Shown here in pieces: positions 1-13,359 of a stretch of DNA of 64,000 nt. The position numbers were made by a program, and so were the translations under genes. Where the stretch lies: NCBI RefSeq assembly GCF_009914755.1, contig NC_060928.1; one strand, given 5' to 3'. The notes under the pieces are model-generated. The model worked only from the letters and a program-made list of their open reading frames with translations. It was not told where the DNA came from and searched no databases. Origin of the DNA: the human T2T-CHM13v2.0 reference genome, Homo sapiens. Positions within the stretch are counted from its first letter, which is position 1. Each line of letters opens with the position of its first letter.

Positions 1-15
1 TGCTTATAGCAGGAC

Positions 16-232
16 CTAAGCTTTGTGTACAGAAAGCACAGAGAGTGGTATATGAACATTGGAAATTTGAAAACAAGGAGGATGGGATGGGGGTCAGGAT
101 GGAAAATTACTTATTGGATATAATGTACTCTACTCGAGTGACAGTTGCACTAAAAGCCCAAACTTCACCACTATACAATTCACCCATGTAACCAAAAACC
201 ACTCGTACTCCTAAAGCTATTGAAATAATTTT
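16..232 (+). mobile_element. L1PB/L1MA-type LINE-1 3' end fragment
   Basis: AAAATTACTTATTGGATATAATGTAC...CACTAAAAGCCCAAACTTCACCACTATACAATTCACCCATGTAACCAAAAACCAC resembles old primate L1 3' UTRs. Confidence 0.75.
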
Positions 233-1510
233 TAATAGGAGAATGTTTTCTTCTAAACACTTACTAATTACATGAATTTATAGTATAACATTTATTTTTA
301 AATCCCCTAACAAGACGATAATGTATTCTTTCTTTCTCTATGATATATAGTATGGAAAGCTTCAAAGTACCATGGAGACCAAAGATGAAAAATAACTCTA
401 AGGTATCATGCAAAATAAGTCTAAGGTATCAACTTAAAGTTTCTAAGAAGAAAGTAATATGCTCCATACTACTAGGGTGTGCATGTCTTTGATAGCTAAA
501 ACTATATTCTGAGTGTCATTCTATATGCACTGCAAACATCTGAAGAAACCCACCCTAAATGTAGCTGGATTGTTTTAACACAAGTGTTGTAGAAGGATAT
601 TGACTGGAACTTTTCCATTTTGTCCTTGAATTGCAGCCAAGTCCTAGTACTGAAAATATACAGGTGCTATATACATTTTCTAAACACAACCACCAAAAAG
701 GGGACTAGGGAACTCCCCTCAGGGTTTTCTAAGTGGTAGCAAATTGCTGAGTATGATCACCCAACATCTGAGCTCTCCACACTCAAGTCTATAAAACCAG
801 AGGGCTGGAAAAGAGAGAAAAAGTGTGTTGGGATCCACAGAGGCCTGCAAATTCTGTTGCATGGTGAGAAACAATTCTCTTCCTTCCCTGCGAGTTATCT
901 TCTCCTCCCTAAAGCCAAAACTGTAAAGACCGTGAGTGATCCATTAGAGTAAAACTGTCATCTCATTCCTCTGTTGGCTATCTGCAAAGGCACTAAGCAC
1001 TCACTGATCTGTCCCTGAATCTACCCCAGGAAAAGAGAGTTGCAGAGCAAGGCAACATCAGAGCAGCGTGCAACACCACCATCTCAATTCTGAAAAAAGT
1101 AACCCATCATAAGAAGTCTTGCTGGTTCTTAGCCCAAGATGTCTCCCTATACAGGGAGGAGACCTCAACAGAAAGAGGCTGTAGGGTGGACCATTGACAC
1201 CAGGAATTAAGACAGGATGGAAGAGGTTGACTAAAATTGGATTCCCCAGGAACTGTGCATAGGAAAATATCTGCAGGATCCTCCAAAAGCCCACACCTAT
1301 TCCCATGAGTGAGCCAGCCTTTGAATCCTTGCCCCACCAAGGGCACTGAAGCTTGGACAGTGTTAATCATAGGAATATTGACAACCAACCAGGAGAGGTG
1401 TGCAAGCTGCAGAAGCTGAATAACAAGATACTTTGCCTGCTTCCTCTCTCTTCCTCCCACTCCAGCACAATACAGGAAGCCTAAAAGGAGCAGAAGTACA
1501 GAAGTTTGCT

Positions 1511-2140
1511 TTAAAAAAATTAATTTTAATTTTTGTGGGTACGTAGTAGGTGTATAAATTTATGAGGTACATGAGATATTTTGATACAGGCATGTAATGC
1601 ATAATAATCACATCATGTAAAATGGGGTATCCATCCCCTTAAGTATTTTTCTTTTGTTTTACGAGCAATCCAATTATTGTCTTTGAGGTATTTTAAATTA
1701 TACAATTAAATTATTATTGACTATAGTCACTTTGTTGTGCTATCAAATATTGGGTCTTTTTCATTCATTAACTATTTTACTATACCCAACAACCACCCCC
1801 TACCTCCCCGCCACTCTCCCACTACCTTTCCCAGCCTCTGGTAACCATCCTTTTGCTATGTCCATGAGTTCAATTGTTTCAATTTTTAGATCCTACAAAT
1901 AAGTGAGAACCTGTGATGTTTGTGTTTCAGTGTCTGGCTTATTTCATTTGGCATAAGGACCTCCAGTTCCATCCATATTGTTGCAAATGACAGGATCTCA
2001 GTCTTTTTTATGGCCAAATATTAGTCCATTGTGTTATATGTACCACATTTTCTTTATCCATTCATCTGTTGAGGGACACTTAGGTTGCTTCCAAATATTG
2101 ATTATTGTGAACACTGCTGCAACAAACATGGGAGTGGAGA
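1511..2140 (-). mobile_element. L1MA-type LINE-1 3' end fragment
   Basis: Antisense L1 3' UTR/ORF2 end: TTTTTGTGGGTACGTAGTAGGTGTATA...GGGGTATCCATCCCC...TACCACATTTTCTTTATCCATTCATCTGTTGA. Confidence 0.85.
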
Positions 2141-3238
2141 AGTCTGAATCAAGGTATGTGCTGTGGGACTGGACACAGCTTTAATAAACAAAACAACTGA
2201 AGAACTAGAATATCTGCCAAAGATGCCTACAAAGAACCAGCTGCTCAGTAGGAAAAGGGTATTCGTTTTACAATTGAAGGCTTAGAAAGAATACAACACA
2301 CTTACCAATGAAAATATAACACATATAACTAGTCATGAGAAGATATGAAATAGAGACATGTTCTTGGCTCGAAAACCAAAACAACGTAAGTGCCTGACTC
2401 ATAGTAGGTGCTTAATAACATTTGTATTGAGTGAATCCATCAATAGGTTGATTTAGGCTCAGTAAGAAATCCATTAATAATTAACAACCGTAGTTGAATT
2501 AATGCCCTACACTCTCTTCAATTTATGATATCTCTACAGTCTAATCCTTCCACCCACAATTCCAGTACATTATAAATGCAGGCTGAGTAGTCACAGCTTT
2601 CTTTTGAATTTATGAAATTGTTATTTAAGGCATACGTTAAGTTAGTCTGTTAGTGGCTGAAAGAATATCATCCTTTCTAATCAACCTTCAAACCTTTGAT
2701 ATGAGCTGGATGTGGTCCAAATCAGTTTTGGGGTTTTTTTCCCAGTCAAGGGTGGTGCATCTCCTTATTAGTATAAAAACTGAGAAATCCCTGTGAATTT
2801 TCTGAAATACCCTCTTTAATCCAGCTTCTATTTTCGGTAGGGTATCTGCATTTGACAACTTCCTCATACAACACTATCTCTAAGAAAGAAGTTAGGTTAG
2901 GTATAATCTAAACCTACAGGCATTATTTTATAATTCAAAACCTTGAGACACATAGATATAAGTGATGTGCATAAGATCACATAGCCGGACAGTGATAAAA
3001 TTGGGACTAGGTTATAACAAGTCACTCCCCCTTCTCACTATGCCACTGCCTCCAACTCAGATCAGTCCATTGCAGTATACTCCCAGCCAGGGTCAACCTG
3101 CTCAGTACAACAGCTTATGTTAAAGCTGCTAGGTAAATTTCCACCCTTTCAGATCTTTTTAACCTCGTTTACATTTCACATTACTAGAGCTTTCTCAAGA
3201 GATATTAATCACAGATTTTCACATAGATTAAATGGTAT

Positions 3239-3536
3239 GGACCAGGTGCAGTGGCTCATGCCTGTAAAATTCCAGCCCTTTGGGAGATTGAGGCTGGCGG
3301 ATCACCTGAGATCAGGAGTTCAAGGCCAGCCTGGCCAACATGGTGAAACCTCACCTCTACAAAAAATACAAAAACTAGCCGGGCGTAGTGGCACACACCC
3401 AGCTACTCAAGAGGCTGAGGCAGAAGAATCACTTGAACCCAGGAGGCAGAGGTTGCAGTGAGCCGAGATCATGCCACTATACCCCAGCTTGGGGAGAGAG
3501 AGAGACTCCGCCTCAAAAAAATAAAAAGAAATAAAT
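3239..3536 (+). mobile_element. AluS (Sx/Sz-like) SINE
   Basis: Dimeric Alu with GGATCACCTGAG..CAGGAGTTC, A-rich linker and tail; near-TSD TAAATGGTAT/TAAATAGTAT. Confidence 0.95.
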
Positions 3537-6412
3537 AAATAGTATCAATAAATGATAAATGTCTCAGTATAATTTTTCTAATTTTAATCAAAATAAATTA
3601 TAGATGTCTTGTAGGCAACCACCACACACACCTCTCTTTAGTTTCCACTCCATGATCTAATACTCCAGGATGAAAGATGTTCCCCGAAAGAATTAAGTTA
3701 TTACAATTTGTTTTTGACTGCAACACAAACAAGTAATTGAGGCAACTGTGCCTTTTTAAGTGTATAAAGAGAGTTTACAGAGTGGGGAGTTTTGAAAGCT
3801 ACTTATCATGCTCCCATTACTGCGCTGATTCATGGGATAAAACAGCCCAGCATGGAGCTATTCTTCTAGCTTTTCACATACAAAATCATCAGATTGCATT
3901 CAACCTTGTTTTCCTATGGTTTTAAAATCAGATTTTATTAAGCTCTATATAGTCCCAAGTCCTTTGCAGCAGGTACCAACATAAATAAATAAACTCCTGC
4001 AGATATTCACAGCTCAAGAGGAGAAGGTTTGAATTAGGGCTTTGCCTAAAATCAAAGGCTGCCTTGCTGTAATTACTGACACAACTGAGATAACAAAGTG
4101 CATCAACAGATCTGCTAATGTAAGCTCTGTGCTTCCTCTGATTGGTAACACTCCTCTCTTGTTTCTCCTGAATTAACATTGTTCCATATTTCTCTGCAAC
4201 AGATTTTGAGCAGCTCTAGTTGCCACATGTATGACACTATAAACTTCATCAACAGGAAAGCCCTCGCCAAAAAAGAGCAGTTGAGGAAATTTTAGGCAGG
4301 AATATAAAATTATAATAAATCAGAAATGTAGATAAGAATATCTGGGAAGGAACTTTGGCCAAAGACAATGGCTTTGTAAAAGAAAGAACATTTTCTAAAG
4401 CTATGGTTGCTGTAACAACTAGCCCAATAAGGTTTACTTTCCAGCAAAAGATTTAAAAGTTCAATAAGCTAGGAAATTACTTTTAGATCCTGAAGTTAAA
4501 AGTTAAGGCCCACAGAGATTAAAAGTTAATAATACTAAGAGTCTTAATAAAAATTTATTCAAAAATCTTTTTAAGAACATTTCAACACTAAAAATAGCAG
4601 CAAATAAAGTGAGAAGCATGACACAAGCAGAAAGCAAGAAGATGGGTGCAGTTAGGAAGGCACAAACAGCCTGAAAGAAGTTTCAGCTTTCCACAATCTA
4701 CCTCAAATATACTCTTACAAATTGTAGAGGACAGAGAAGATTGAAGAAAAAAAGCCTGAAGCAAAACTCCACTTAAAATGTCTTTATTCTAATGTGAAGT
4801 TGAGGCTATAAAGACATTGCCAGCATCACAGATTCAACAAATTTATTTAGAATTCAGTAAGTGCAAAACATTAAGTGCCGCTGTAATAACAACATCATGT
4901 GACACAAATGGCAAGACCACAAAGAACTAGAAAATGTCACTTTTCTAACAAAAATTTCAAGTTATGCCTTGGCAAATAAGGGAAGAATACATATACATGT
5001 GAATATAAATACATAAGTGCTGGAAACATGTATAAGCATGCAAACATCCTTTCAGTTACACTCTAGGTTGATACCTCCTGGGGAAATCACACGGGAGAAG
5101 TGTTACATGTGTTGGTGTTACACATGTTACATGTGTTAACAACATGGACTTTAAAAATAACTATATATTACTCAGTGCCTTCTCCACACTAAGTATATTT
5201 ACTTATTTAATTTTTCACAACAGTGCACCAAAACAAGTGCCATTCAGAAATTAAACTTGCTCAATGTCACAAGCTATTAAACGGGAAGTTAAAATATTAA
5301 CCAGCTCTTTCTGACTCCAGGGTTATCAGTCTTTCCACTATACAATATTACCTCTTTAAATTAATTCACAAGGCATTTCAACAAGTGTAAATGGTGTATA
5401 CACCTTATTTGTTGATTTGCTTCTTTCTTTTTAAGTGGTACCAACACCCAACTTCAAACAACATACATTAGGCCCATAAAAGGTCAGAATAGTTGACTTA
5501 CACAGAGAAGGAATAATTTGTGCCTATATACTTTTGGAATCCCTAAAAGAAATTATTCCTTATAGTGATATGATAAAAGAAAAATAACACATACTAAAAT
5601 ATGCTAGTGTCTGAAAAGAATACAGAAAATAAACATGAAGTGTGCAATGAAGTGATGATAGAGAACTGGCATGTAAGACTCTCAGTAAAATTTATTGGTA
5701 ATAGAATTACAAGTAATTGACTCTACTTTCCGGCCTTGGCCAAGACACTAAACTCCCACTGCTTCCACTGGAGCTGGGCAAGATGGTCATTCATGTAATG
5801 TTTACACTTCATTTATGTGATTTTATCCACCATATATTTTTATTTATGACAGATTTTCCCTTAGGGATAAAACACCACAAATTTATTCTGACAAGCTGAA
5901 AAGTCAGATCTTCTTCACTGAGTGTATTTGGTACAGAACAGAAAAGAAGAAACTCATCACAGCCACTGTCCCCCACTGTCTTCTCTTCTTTGGCAGGCCC
6001 CACATTTCTCCTTAATGCTTTGTGAGCACTAACATTTTAATCTGAATGACAAAATTTCTGTAAAAAACAAAGACTTCTCTCAAGCAGTCAAAACTATCTT
6101 ATTTTCTTTCCTGTCTCCTAAATTCATGGTTATAGGTTATATAGTTGTAACTTTTTACTTGCTTTCTCTTAGAGTTCATTTCATATACCCTGACAGTGTA
6201 TTTTCTTTTATTTTCTTTCCATATAAAAGAAGGCCAACTTTTTAAAAATAGGAGAAAAAATGTTAAAATCAGGAAACTTCCAGTGTGGAAGGTGAGTTAA
6301 ATTTGGTCTGATATAAATTTGAGATTTTCAGTAAACAATTGATAATTAAGGCTTGAAATGGATGAAAACACCTAGAAAATGGGGATGTATGTGTATATAG
6401 ATAGAATAAACA

Positions 6413-6755
<343 letters not shown>

Positions 6756-6904
6756 TTAAAAGGTCAAGTTGATATAGAAGAACTAGCAACAGAGACTGAA
6801 AAGCAGTGATATAGGAAAAAATGTGAAGAGTATTGGTTTTGAAAGCCAAGCAAATAATGTGTTTTGAAGAAGAATGATCCCCTCTGTAAAATGATACTGA
6901 CATT

Positions 6905-7525
6905 TGTCAGGTTCCCTAGAAAATGGACTATGAGGCAAATTCTCTGTTGAGGGGTACAATACCAAGGCATCAAAAGTAAGAAAGGATGTGACAATAGGAG
7001 TAGAGAACACATGATAAGGTGGTGCATAACTGAGCCTAACAGAGCTTTGCATGGCCATTGCTCAATCACAAGGGATGTCTGAAGACAGCATATGGAGTTA
7101 GTACATTTCAAAGAGTCCACTGGTATAGAAGTTAAGGGTAGGAATGTATCTGCTGGCTCCTTTCTATCTCTTCTCTCTCACTGGTCAAAGTTTGCCCCAG
7201 AGGGCATTGATTTTCCGGAACTACCTAGTTTTTACCTGGCCCCATGCACCATTAGGTAGCACTTCATCTGAGTTTAGACACAGCAGGTAGCCCTTCTGTG
7301 GTTCTAGCCAGGCCATACCTGGACACAGGAAATACTATGCCTCTTCCCACGATGGACACAATGGAGACCATGAAGAATCCAGCCTTTGGTCTAGGGAATG
7401 AGAAGACTACCAGTGGTGTTAAAACATAAGCAGAAGTAGCTGGGGCTCTCCATTAAGGGAGCCTCCAAGGCTTAATGGTGAGAGTGGAGCCATAAGAATC
7501 AGGTGAGGTGCATAAATTGCACAAA
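6905..7525 (-). mobile_element. Probable old ERVL-class LTR (LTR16/LTR33-like) within L2 remnants
   Basis: TCAGGTTCCCTAGAAAATGGACTATGAGGC start resembles antisense ERVL LTRs; flanks resemble L2; family uncertain. Confidence 0.35.
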
Positions 7526-7695
7526 TTGTACTGAGAACTCACTAGTGGATTTAGCAACCTGGAGATATTGTTACTATCTCTTTAGGTGCTCTCAATGACT
7601 ATTTTTATCAATAAACTTCAATCAGAACTATTTCTTCCATTGGATATTTTCTTAATTTTTTAACCATAAAAGAAAGGGATTAAGATCTTCATCTC

Positions 7696-8008
7696 GGCCG
7701 GGCGTGGTGGCTCACGCCTGTAATCCCACCACTTTGGGAGGCCAAGGTGGGTGGATCACGAGGTCAGGAGATCTAGACCATCCTGGCTAACATGGTGAAA
7801 CCCCGTCTCTACTAAAAATACAAAAAAATTAGCCGGGCGTGGTGGTGGGTGCCTGTAGTCCCAGCTACTCAGGAGGCTGAGGCTGGAGAATGGTGTGAAC
7901 CTGGGAGGCGGAGCTTGCAGTGAGCCAAGATCGGGCCACTGCACTCCAGCCTGGGCGACTGAGTAAGACTCCGTCTCAAAAAAAAAAAAAACAAACAAAC
8001 AAAAAAAA
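7696..8008 (+). mobile_element. AluY SINE
   Basis: AluY diagnostics (ACCATCCTGGCTAAC, GAATGGTGTGAAC, GGAGCTTGCAGTG); perfect 14-bp TSD AAGATCTTCATCTC at 7682-7695 and 8009-8022. Confidence 0.97.
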
Positions 8009-8192
8009 AAGATCTTCATCTCTTTGCTCTCCAAGTGGCTTCTTGGTCCTCATGCAAATCTTTAAAACTCCTCTACAGAACTATACATACCAAGGATATC
8101 GGGAGTAGATGCTGTATTTAGCCACAAAGAAAAAGCAAGTCTCATTATACCTTTCCCTGGGAAACTGGGGGCTACCTGCCTTGCCTTATTGG

Positions 8193-8224
8193 CACACACA
8201 TACACACACACACACACACACACA
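8193..8224. repeat. (CA)n microsatellite
   Basis: CACACACATACACACACACACACACACACACA. Confidence 0.9.
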
Positions 8225-8251
8225 AGGGATTTGGCAAAATTAGTTAATTAA

Positions 8252-8617
<366 letters not shown>

Positions 8618-8639
8618 GTATGATATACATTTTTAAAAG

Positions 8640-9030
8640 GCTAATACAATCTCAGTTTGTATTAAAAAATGACCAATGGCTAGATTTATAAACTGAAATC
8701 GATTACCATTTTTAATTCTAAATTCCAGGTTTAAAATGAATCTTTGACAAATTGGAGTATGACATGAATGGTCTGTAAATCATGCTTTAAATGAACACAT
8801 GACTACACGATGGATAGGCATCTTTCAGAAAAAAGTCTAGGAGAAACTGCAAAGAATTACCATGAAGAAGAATACATGGATTTATTTTACTTTACTACAT
8901 AAAAAGCTAGACTAGAACCAAAAGATGATCATGAGAATATCAGGCTTAAGTTTAAAATTTGATTCAACACACCTATGAACTTCTGGGAATTACAGCTACT
9001 CCAATAATAAAGCAGATGATCCTAGAGAGA
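8640..9030 (+). mobile_element. Probable L3/CR1 ancient LINE remnant
   Basis: AAAGGCTAATACAATCTCAGTTTGTATTAA and TTTGACAAATTGGAG resemble degraded CR1/L3 sequence. Confidence 0.4.
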
Positions 9031-9206
9031 ATTTATTTTGGCCCATGCAGATATTTGGATGAGTTTGGATACACCGAGTGGGAGGTTACACTAATTCAGT
9101 ACTTTAGAGTTCTGTTCATCAAAATCATCTAAGAATCTTTTTAAAAACTGATTTGGCTCCATTCCAAACATACTAAGTTAGAATAACTGGGAATAAAGCC
9201 TGGCCA

Positions 9207-9567
9207 TCTATAATGAACTGAATATTTATGTTCCCCCCAATAATTTATAAGCTAAAACCCCAAGGTGATGATATAGGAGGTGGGGCCTTTGAGAGGTGAT
9301 TAAGTCATAAGGACAAGGCCCTCATGAATGGGATTAGGGTCCCTATATTAAAAAAAAGTCCCCAGAGAGCTCATTTGTCCCTTCTACTATGTGAAGACAC
9401 ATCTAGAAAGTTCAGATCTATGAACCAGAAACAGGCCCTCACTAGACACAGAATCTGCTGGCAGTTGGATGTATCAGCCTCCAGAATGCTGAGAAATAAA
9501 ATTATGTTGTTTACACACCACCTAGTTCAACGGTATTTTGTTATAGCAGCCTGAACAGACAAATACA
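9207..9567 (+). mobile_element. MLT1A-type MaLR solo LTR (inserted in a MER5-like remnant)
   Basis: GGTGGGGCCTTTGAGAGGTGATTAAGTCAT..CCCTCATGAATGGGATTAG..AATAAA..GGTATTTTGTTATAGCAGCCTGAACAGAC. Confidence 0.85.
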
Positions 9568-9770
9568 AGATCTCTATTTTTTTTTTTAATCTCGCCAGGC
9601 TATATCTGATAGTGCTGGTCAAATCAGCATTTGAGTCTCCAACAGCAGAGCAACAGATCTACACTGCATGCCCTGTGTTATTATGGTCAAGCATAAAAAT
9701 CTAGAATCATATAAATGTCCTTTGGTCAAACTCTGTCCTTCAAGAATGAACAACTTCTTCAGTATGTTTA

Positions 9771-10199
<429 letters not shown>

Positions 10200-10205
10200 T
10201 TAGAT

Positions 10206-10539
10206 AAGCGGCTCCCAACCTTTTGGCACCAGGGACCGGTTTTGTGAAAGACTATTTTTCCATGCTTGGGGGTGCTGGATGGCATTGGGATGAAACTGTT
10301 CCACCTCAGATCACCAGGCATTACATTCTCATAAGGAACATGCAATCCAAACCCCTTGCATGCACAGTTCACAATAGGGTTCACGCTCCAATGAGAATCT
10401 AATGAGCCTCTGTTCTGACAGAAGGCGGAGCTCAGGCATTAATGTTTGCTCGCCCACCACTCACTTCCTGCTGTGCAACCCAGCTTTTCACAGGCCATGG
10501 ACAGGTACCGGTCAGCAGCCAGGGTGTTGGGGATCCCTG
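10206..10539 (+). mobile_element. MER1B-like hAT-Charlie DNA transposon
   Basis: CCCAACCTTTTGGCACCAGGGACCGGTTTTGTGAAGAC...GGATGAAACTGTTCCACCTCAGATCA...GTTGGGGATCCCTG; degenerate 8-bp TSD GCTTAGAT/ACTTACAT. Confidence 0.9.
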
Positions 10540-10681
10540 ACTTACATGATACATTTTTAAAACATCCAGCTGTCTTTCAGAAAGTCTTTTCCACTATCAA
10601 GAGGGATTTTTTTTTCTTAGAATACAGCTTTCTCTCTGTCTAGCAAATCATTTAATCATATGTGAATTATTTAGGCAAGAT

Positions 10682-10822
10682 CAGTGGTTCTCAATGTGTG
10701 ATCCCCACACAAGCAGTATCAGCATCACCTGGGAACTTCTCTGGAGGGAGATCCAAGTAATTTGTGTTATAACAAGATTTCCAGGTGATTTTGATGCATA
10801 CTCTCAAGTTTAAGAACAACAG
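10682..10822 (+). mobile_element. MER5A-like hAT MITE, internally deleted
   Basis: CAGTGGTTCTCAA..CAGCATCACCTGGGAAC..CCAGGTGATTTTGATGCA..AAGTTTAAGAAC. Confidence 0.8.
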
Positions 10823-11177
10823 GCTCAGATTAACACCCAGGGGGGTGGGAGCAGATGTTTCGATAAGATGGAGTTTATCCTTTGACATTCCAAATTCTGC
10901 AAAATGGTGGTCAAAGAATGTTACGGACAATTTAAATATATTTTCCTTCCTGATTCCAGCACCACAAGTTATAGGGACTGCTTATTCTATGGATTCTCAA
11001 TAAAAATCAATTTGAACTTAAAATGAGCATAAGTAAACACACATACACGCATCTTAAAGACAAATATCAATTCTGAGAGACAGAATAAATAAAGCATGCA
11101 GTTGCTAGAAATGTTTTTCTAAAGGTCCTTTAATTTGGAAAGACCAATTTTCATAGTAAAATCAGTAGATGTTAGTA

Positions 11178-11260
11178 TTAGGTTGGTGCAAAAGTAATTG
11201 TGGTTTTTGCTATTTTTTTTAAGTGTTACAAAAACCACAGTTACTTTTGCACCAATCTAA
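11178..11260. mobile_element. MADE1 (Hsmar1/mariner-derived MITE), miR-548-type hairpin
   Basis: TIRs TTAGGTTGGTGCAAAAGTAATTGTGGTTTTTG / CAAAAACCACAGTTACTTTTGCACCAATCTAA flanked by TA TSDs. Confidence 0.95.
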
Positions 11261-11431
11261 TATGAAAAACAGTCTTTATTCCTTTCCTTCATTCCTGCTT
11301 CTAATTCATCAACCCCTCTGAATTAGTCGAAACTAATAAAGAGGCCCATTACTTAATGGACTCTCTCAAAACTATACGAAAACAAGCTCTTCGACTATGA
11401 AATTCCAACTGGTTTAAAATTTTAGCCATAA

Positions 11432-11586
11432 GTCAAGCACACAGTGGCAGGCTCCTGTAGTTCTAGCTACTCAAGAGCCTGAGGTGTGAAGATTGCTTGA
11501 GGCCAGGAGTTCAAGATGAACATAGTGAGACCTTTCTGGGCAACACAGTGAGACCTTTCTCAGAAAAGAAAAAAGAAAAAGAAAAA
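11432..11586 (+). mobile_element. Monomeric Alu (FLAM/FRAM/AluJ-like) with short internal duplication
   Basis: CCTGTAGTTCTAGCTACTC..GATTGCTTGAGGCCAGGAGTTCAAG; AACA(T/C)AGTGAGACCTTTCT occurs twice; A-rich tail. Confidence 0.8.
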
Positions 11587-12996
11587 GCCACAATTCATTC
11601 TCAATCTCAGTCTTTGACAGGTGAGAAAATGAAGAGAGTATCTCTATTTGGCCTGGGAAAAGACAGCAAATTCAAAATCCTTATGAACATTATTTGAATT
11701 AATGAATGAATACTTCTCTGTGTGCATATAAATGCTTGGGAGGCTGTTTGTGTCTCTGTTACACAATTCTGATCTTTTAATTATACTGCTTACATTTTAT
11801 AAAGAGTGAGAACCTGCCTGCATACAAGAAGGTAGGCATTCATATTTAAAATTATAGTTATGGGCCATTGGGAAAGAGTTTCTTTTTCTGCATGTTTATG
11901 AAGCTTAAACACTTATTTTGATAGAGATTAATGTGTGCTCTATAATTAAATACAAACTATATATTCAATCACTGTACCTCCCCAATTATCAGATTATACT
12001 TGACTCATTACTAACTTTAGAGGAGCATGTTGATGAAGTATCTTCTGAATGAAGGTTTCACTTTTATAGTGCTCTTAATTATTTTTTCTACTTACTATTT
12101 AATTTTTTGTAAATTATAGTTTGATGATTAAAACAATTTTTTGCAGCTATCTTGTGCCAAACTGACCAGTTATTACAGGGATGAAGAATCTTCGGTTGTA
12201 AGAAACAGCAAAAGAGGAAATACAAAGCATGTGTGCAATAAGTCTTTGATCCAGATGACTGCCAACATAACTTCTAGCTCTAAAAGTCTAAGGCCCAAAG
12301 ATATCAAAATAAACATACTGATCCTTACAATACAGCCTTTGGTAAATAACACAAAAGAGGGAAAATAACCTTATGTTTGAGAGACAATAACCTTGGCCAA
12401 AAAACTGGATGGTCAGCCAAAAATATGAGAGAGCAATTGTGCGAATAAACGAAGACAAAGAGGTTCTGAGGCTTCCTTAGTGAAAAGATCCTCACTATTG
12501 AATCCCAATCTTCTCATTAGATGATTTTTCTGTCAAAGGGTGTTTGGAGTCTTCAAGCTTATTAATTCAACCAGGTGGATCCCACAGATATGAATATAAT
12601 TGCCCAAATCTGGGAAATAAATTATTCATCAAAAAAACTATAATGGGTAAGGTAGTTATGAAAATAACCCAAATTCTATTGAGAATAGATGGGCAAAGGC
12701 TTGTAAATTACTAAAAGCCGTCTAAGAGCAAAAATGTTCAGGAAAGAGCATAGGACATTTAAAAATATCAGAAGGAATGTAGAGAGAGGTAGAAATTCAG
12801 TTGATGGACACTGAAGAGAAAAGAAACATATACTAAATAAAAGAAAGTCCCTCAAAGAAGCTCATCTGATTCCAAAACAGAAAGAGGGGAAAGCAGAAAT
12901 AATGCAAAAACCATAGGCTACAGATTCAGGAAAGGGCCACTGAAATATTTACATAAGATTCTTATCCACATAGATATGCATCTTTTGATTTCTCCC

Positions 12997-13359
12997 TGTT
13001 ATAGACTGAATGGTCATTCCCCCCGACCCCAAAACTCATATGTTAAAATCTAACCCCTAATGTATTTGAGTGTGGGGGACTTTAGAAGGCGATTAGGTCG
13101 TGAGTGCAGAGCTATCATAAATGAGATTAGCACCTCTATAAAAGAAACCCCAGAGAGCTTCCTTTTCCTTTCCACCAAGTGAAGACAGTGAGAAGACAGC
13201 CAACTATGAACCAGAGAGCAGGCTGTCACTAGACACTTATTTGTGTGTACCTTGATCTTCGATTTCCTAGCCTCTAGAAACTGAGAAGTAAACTTCTGTT
13301 GTTTATAAGCTGCCTAGCCTATGGTATTTTAGTTATGGAAACCTCAACAGACTAAGACA
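12997..13359 (+). mobile_element. MLT1A0-type MaLR solo LTR
   Basis: TGTTATAGACTGAATG...AGATTAGCACCTCTATAAAAGAAACCCCAGAGAG...CAGACTAAGACA (TG...CA ends). Confidence 0.85.

Noticed and set aside
700-1500. GC-richer block with ORFs 1058-1306 and 1107-1460
   Set aside because: No recognisable protein motif or splice structure; probably an ancient LTR remnant that I cannot assign
5100-5140. Short repeat TGTTACATGTGTT x2 with palindromic ACATGT cores
   Set aside because: Too short; consistent with ordinary slippage
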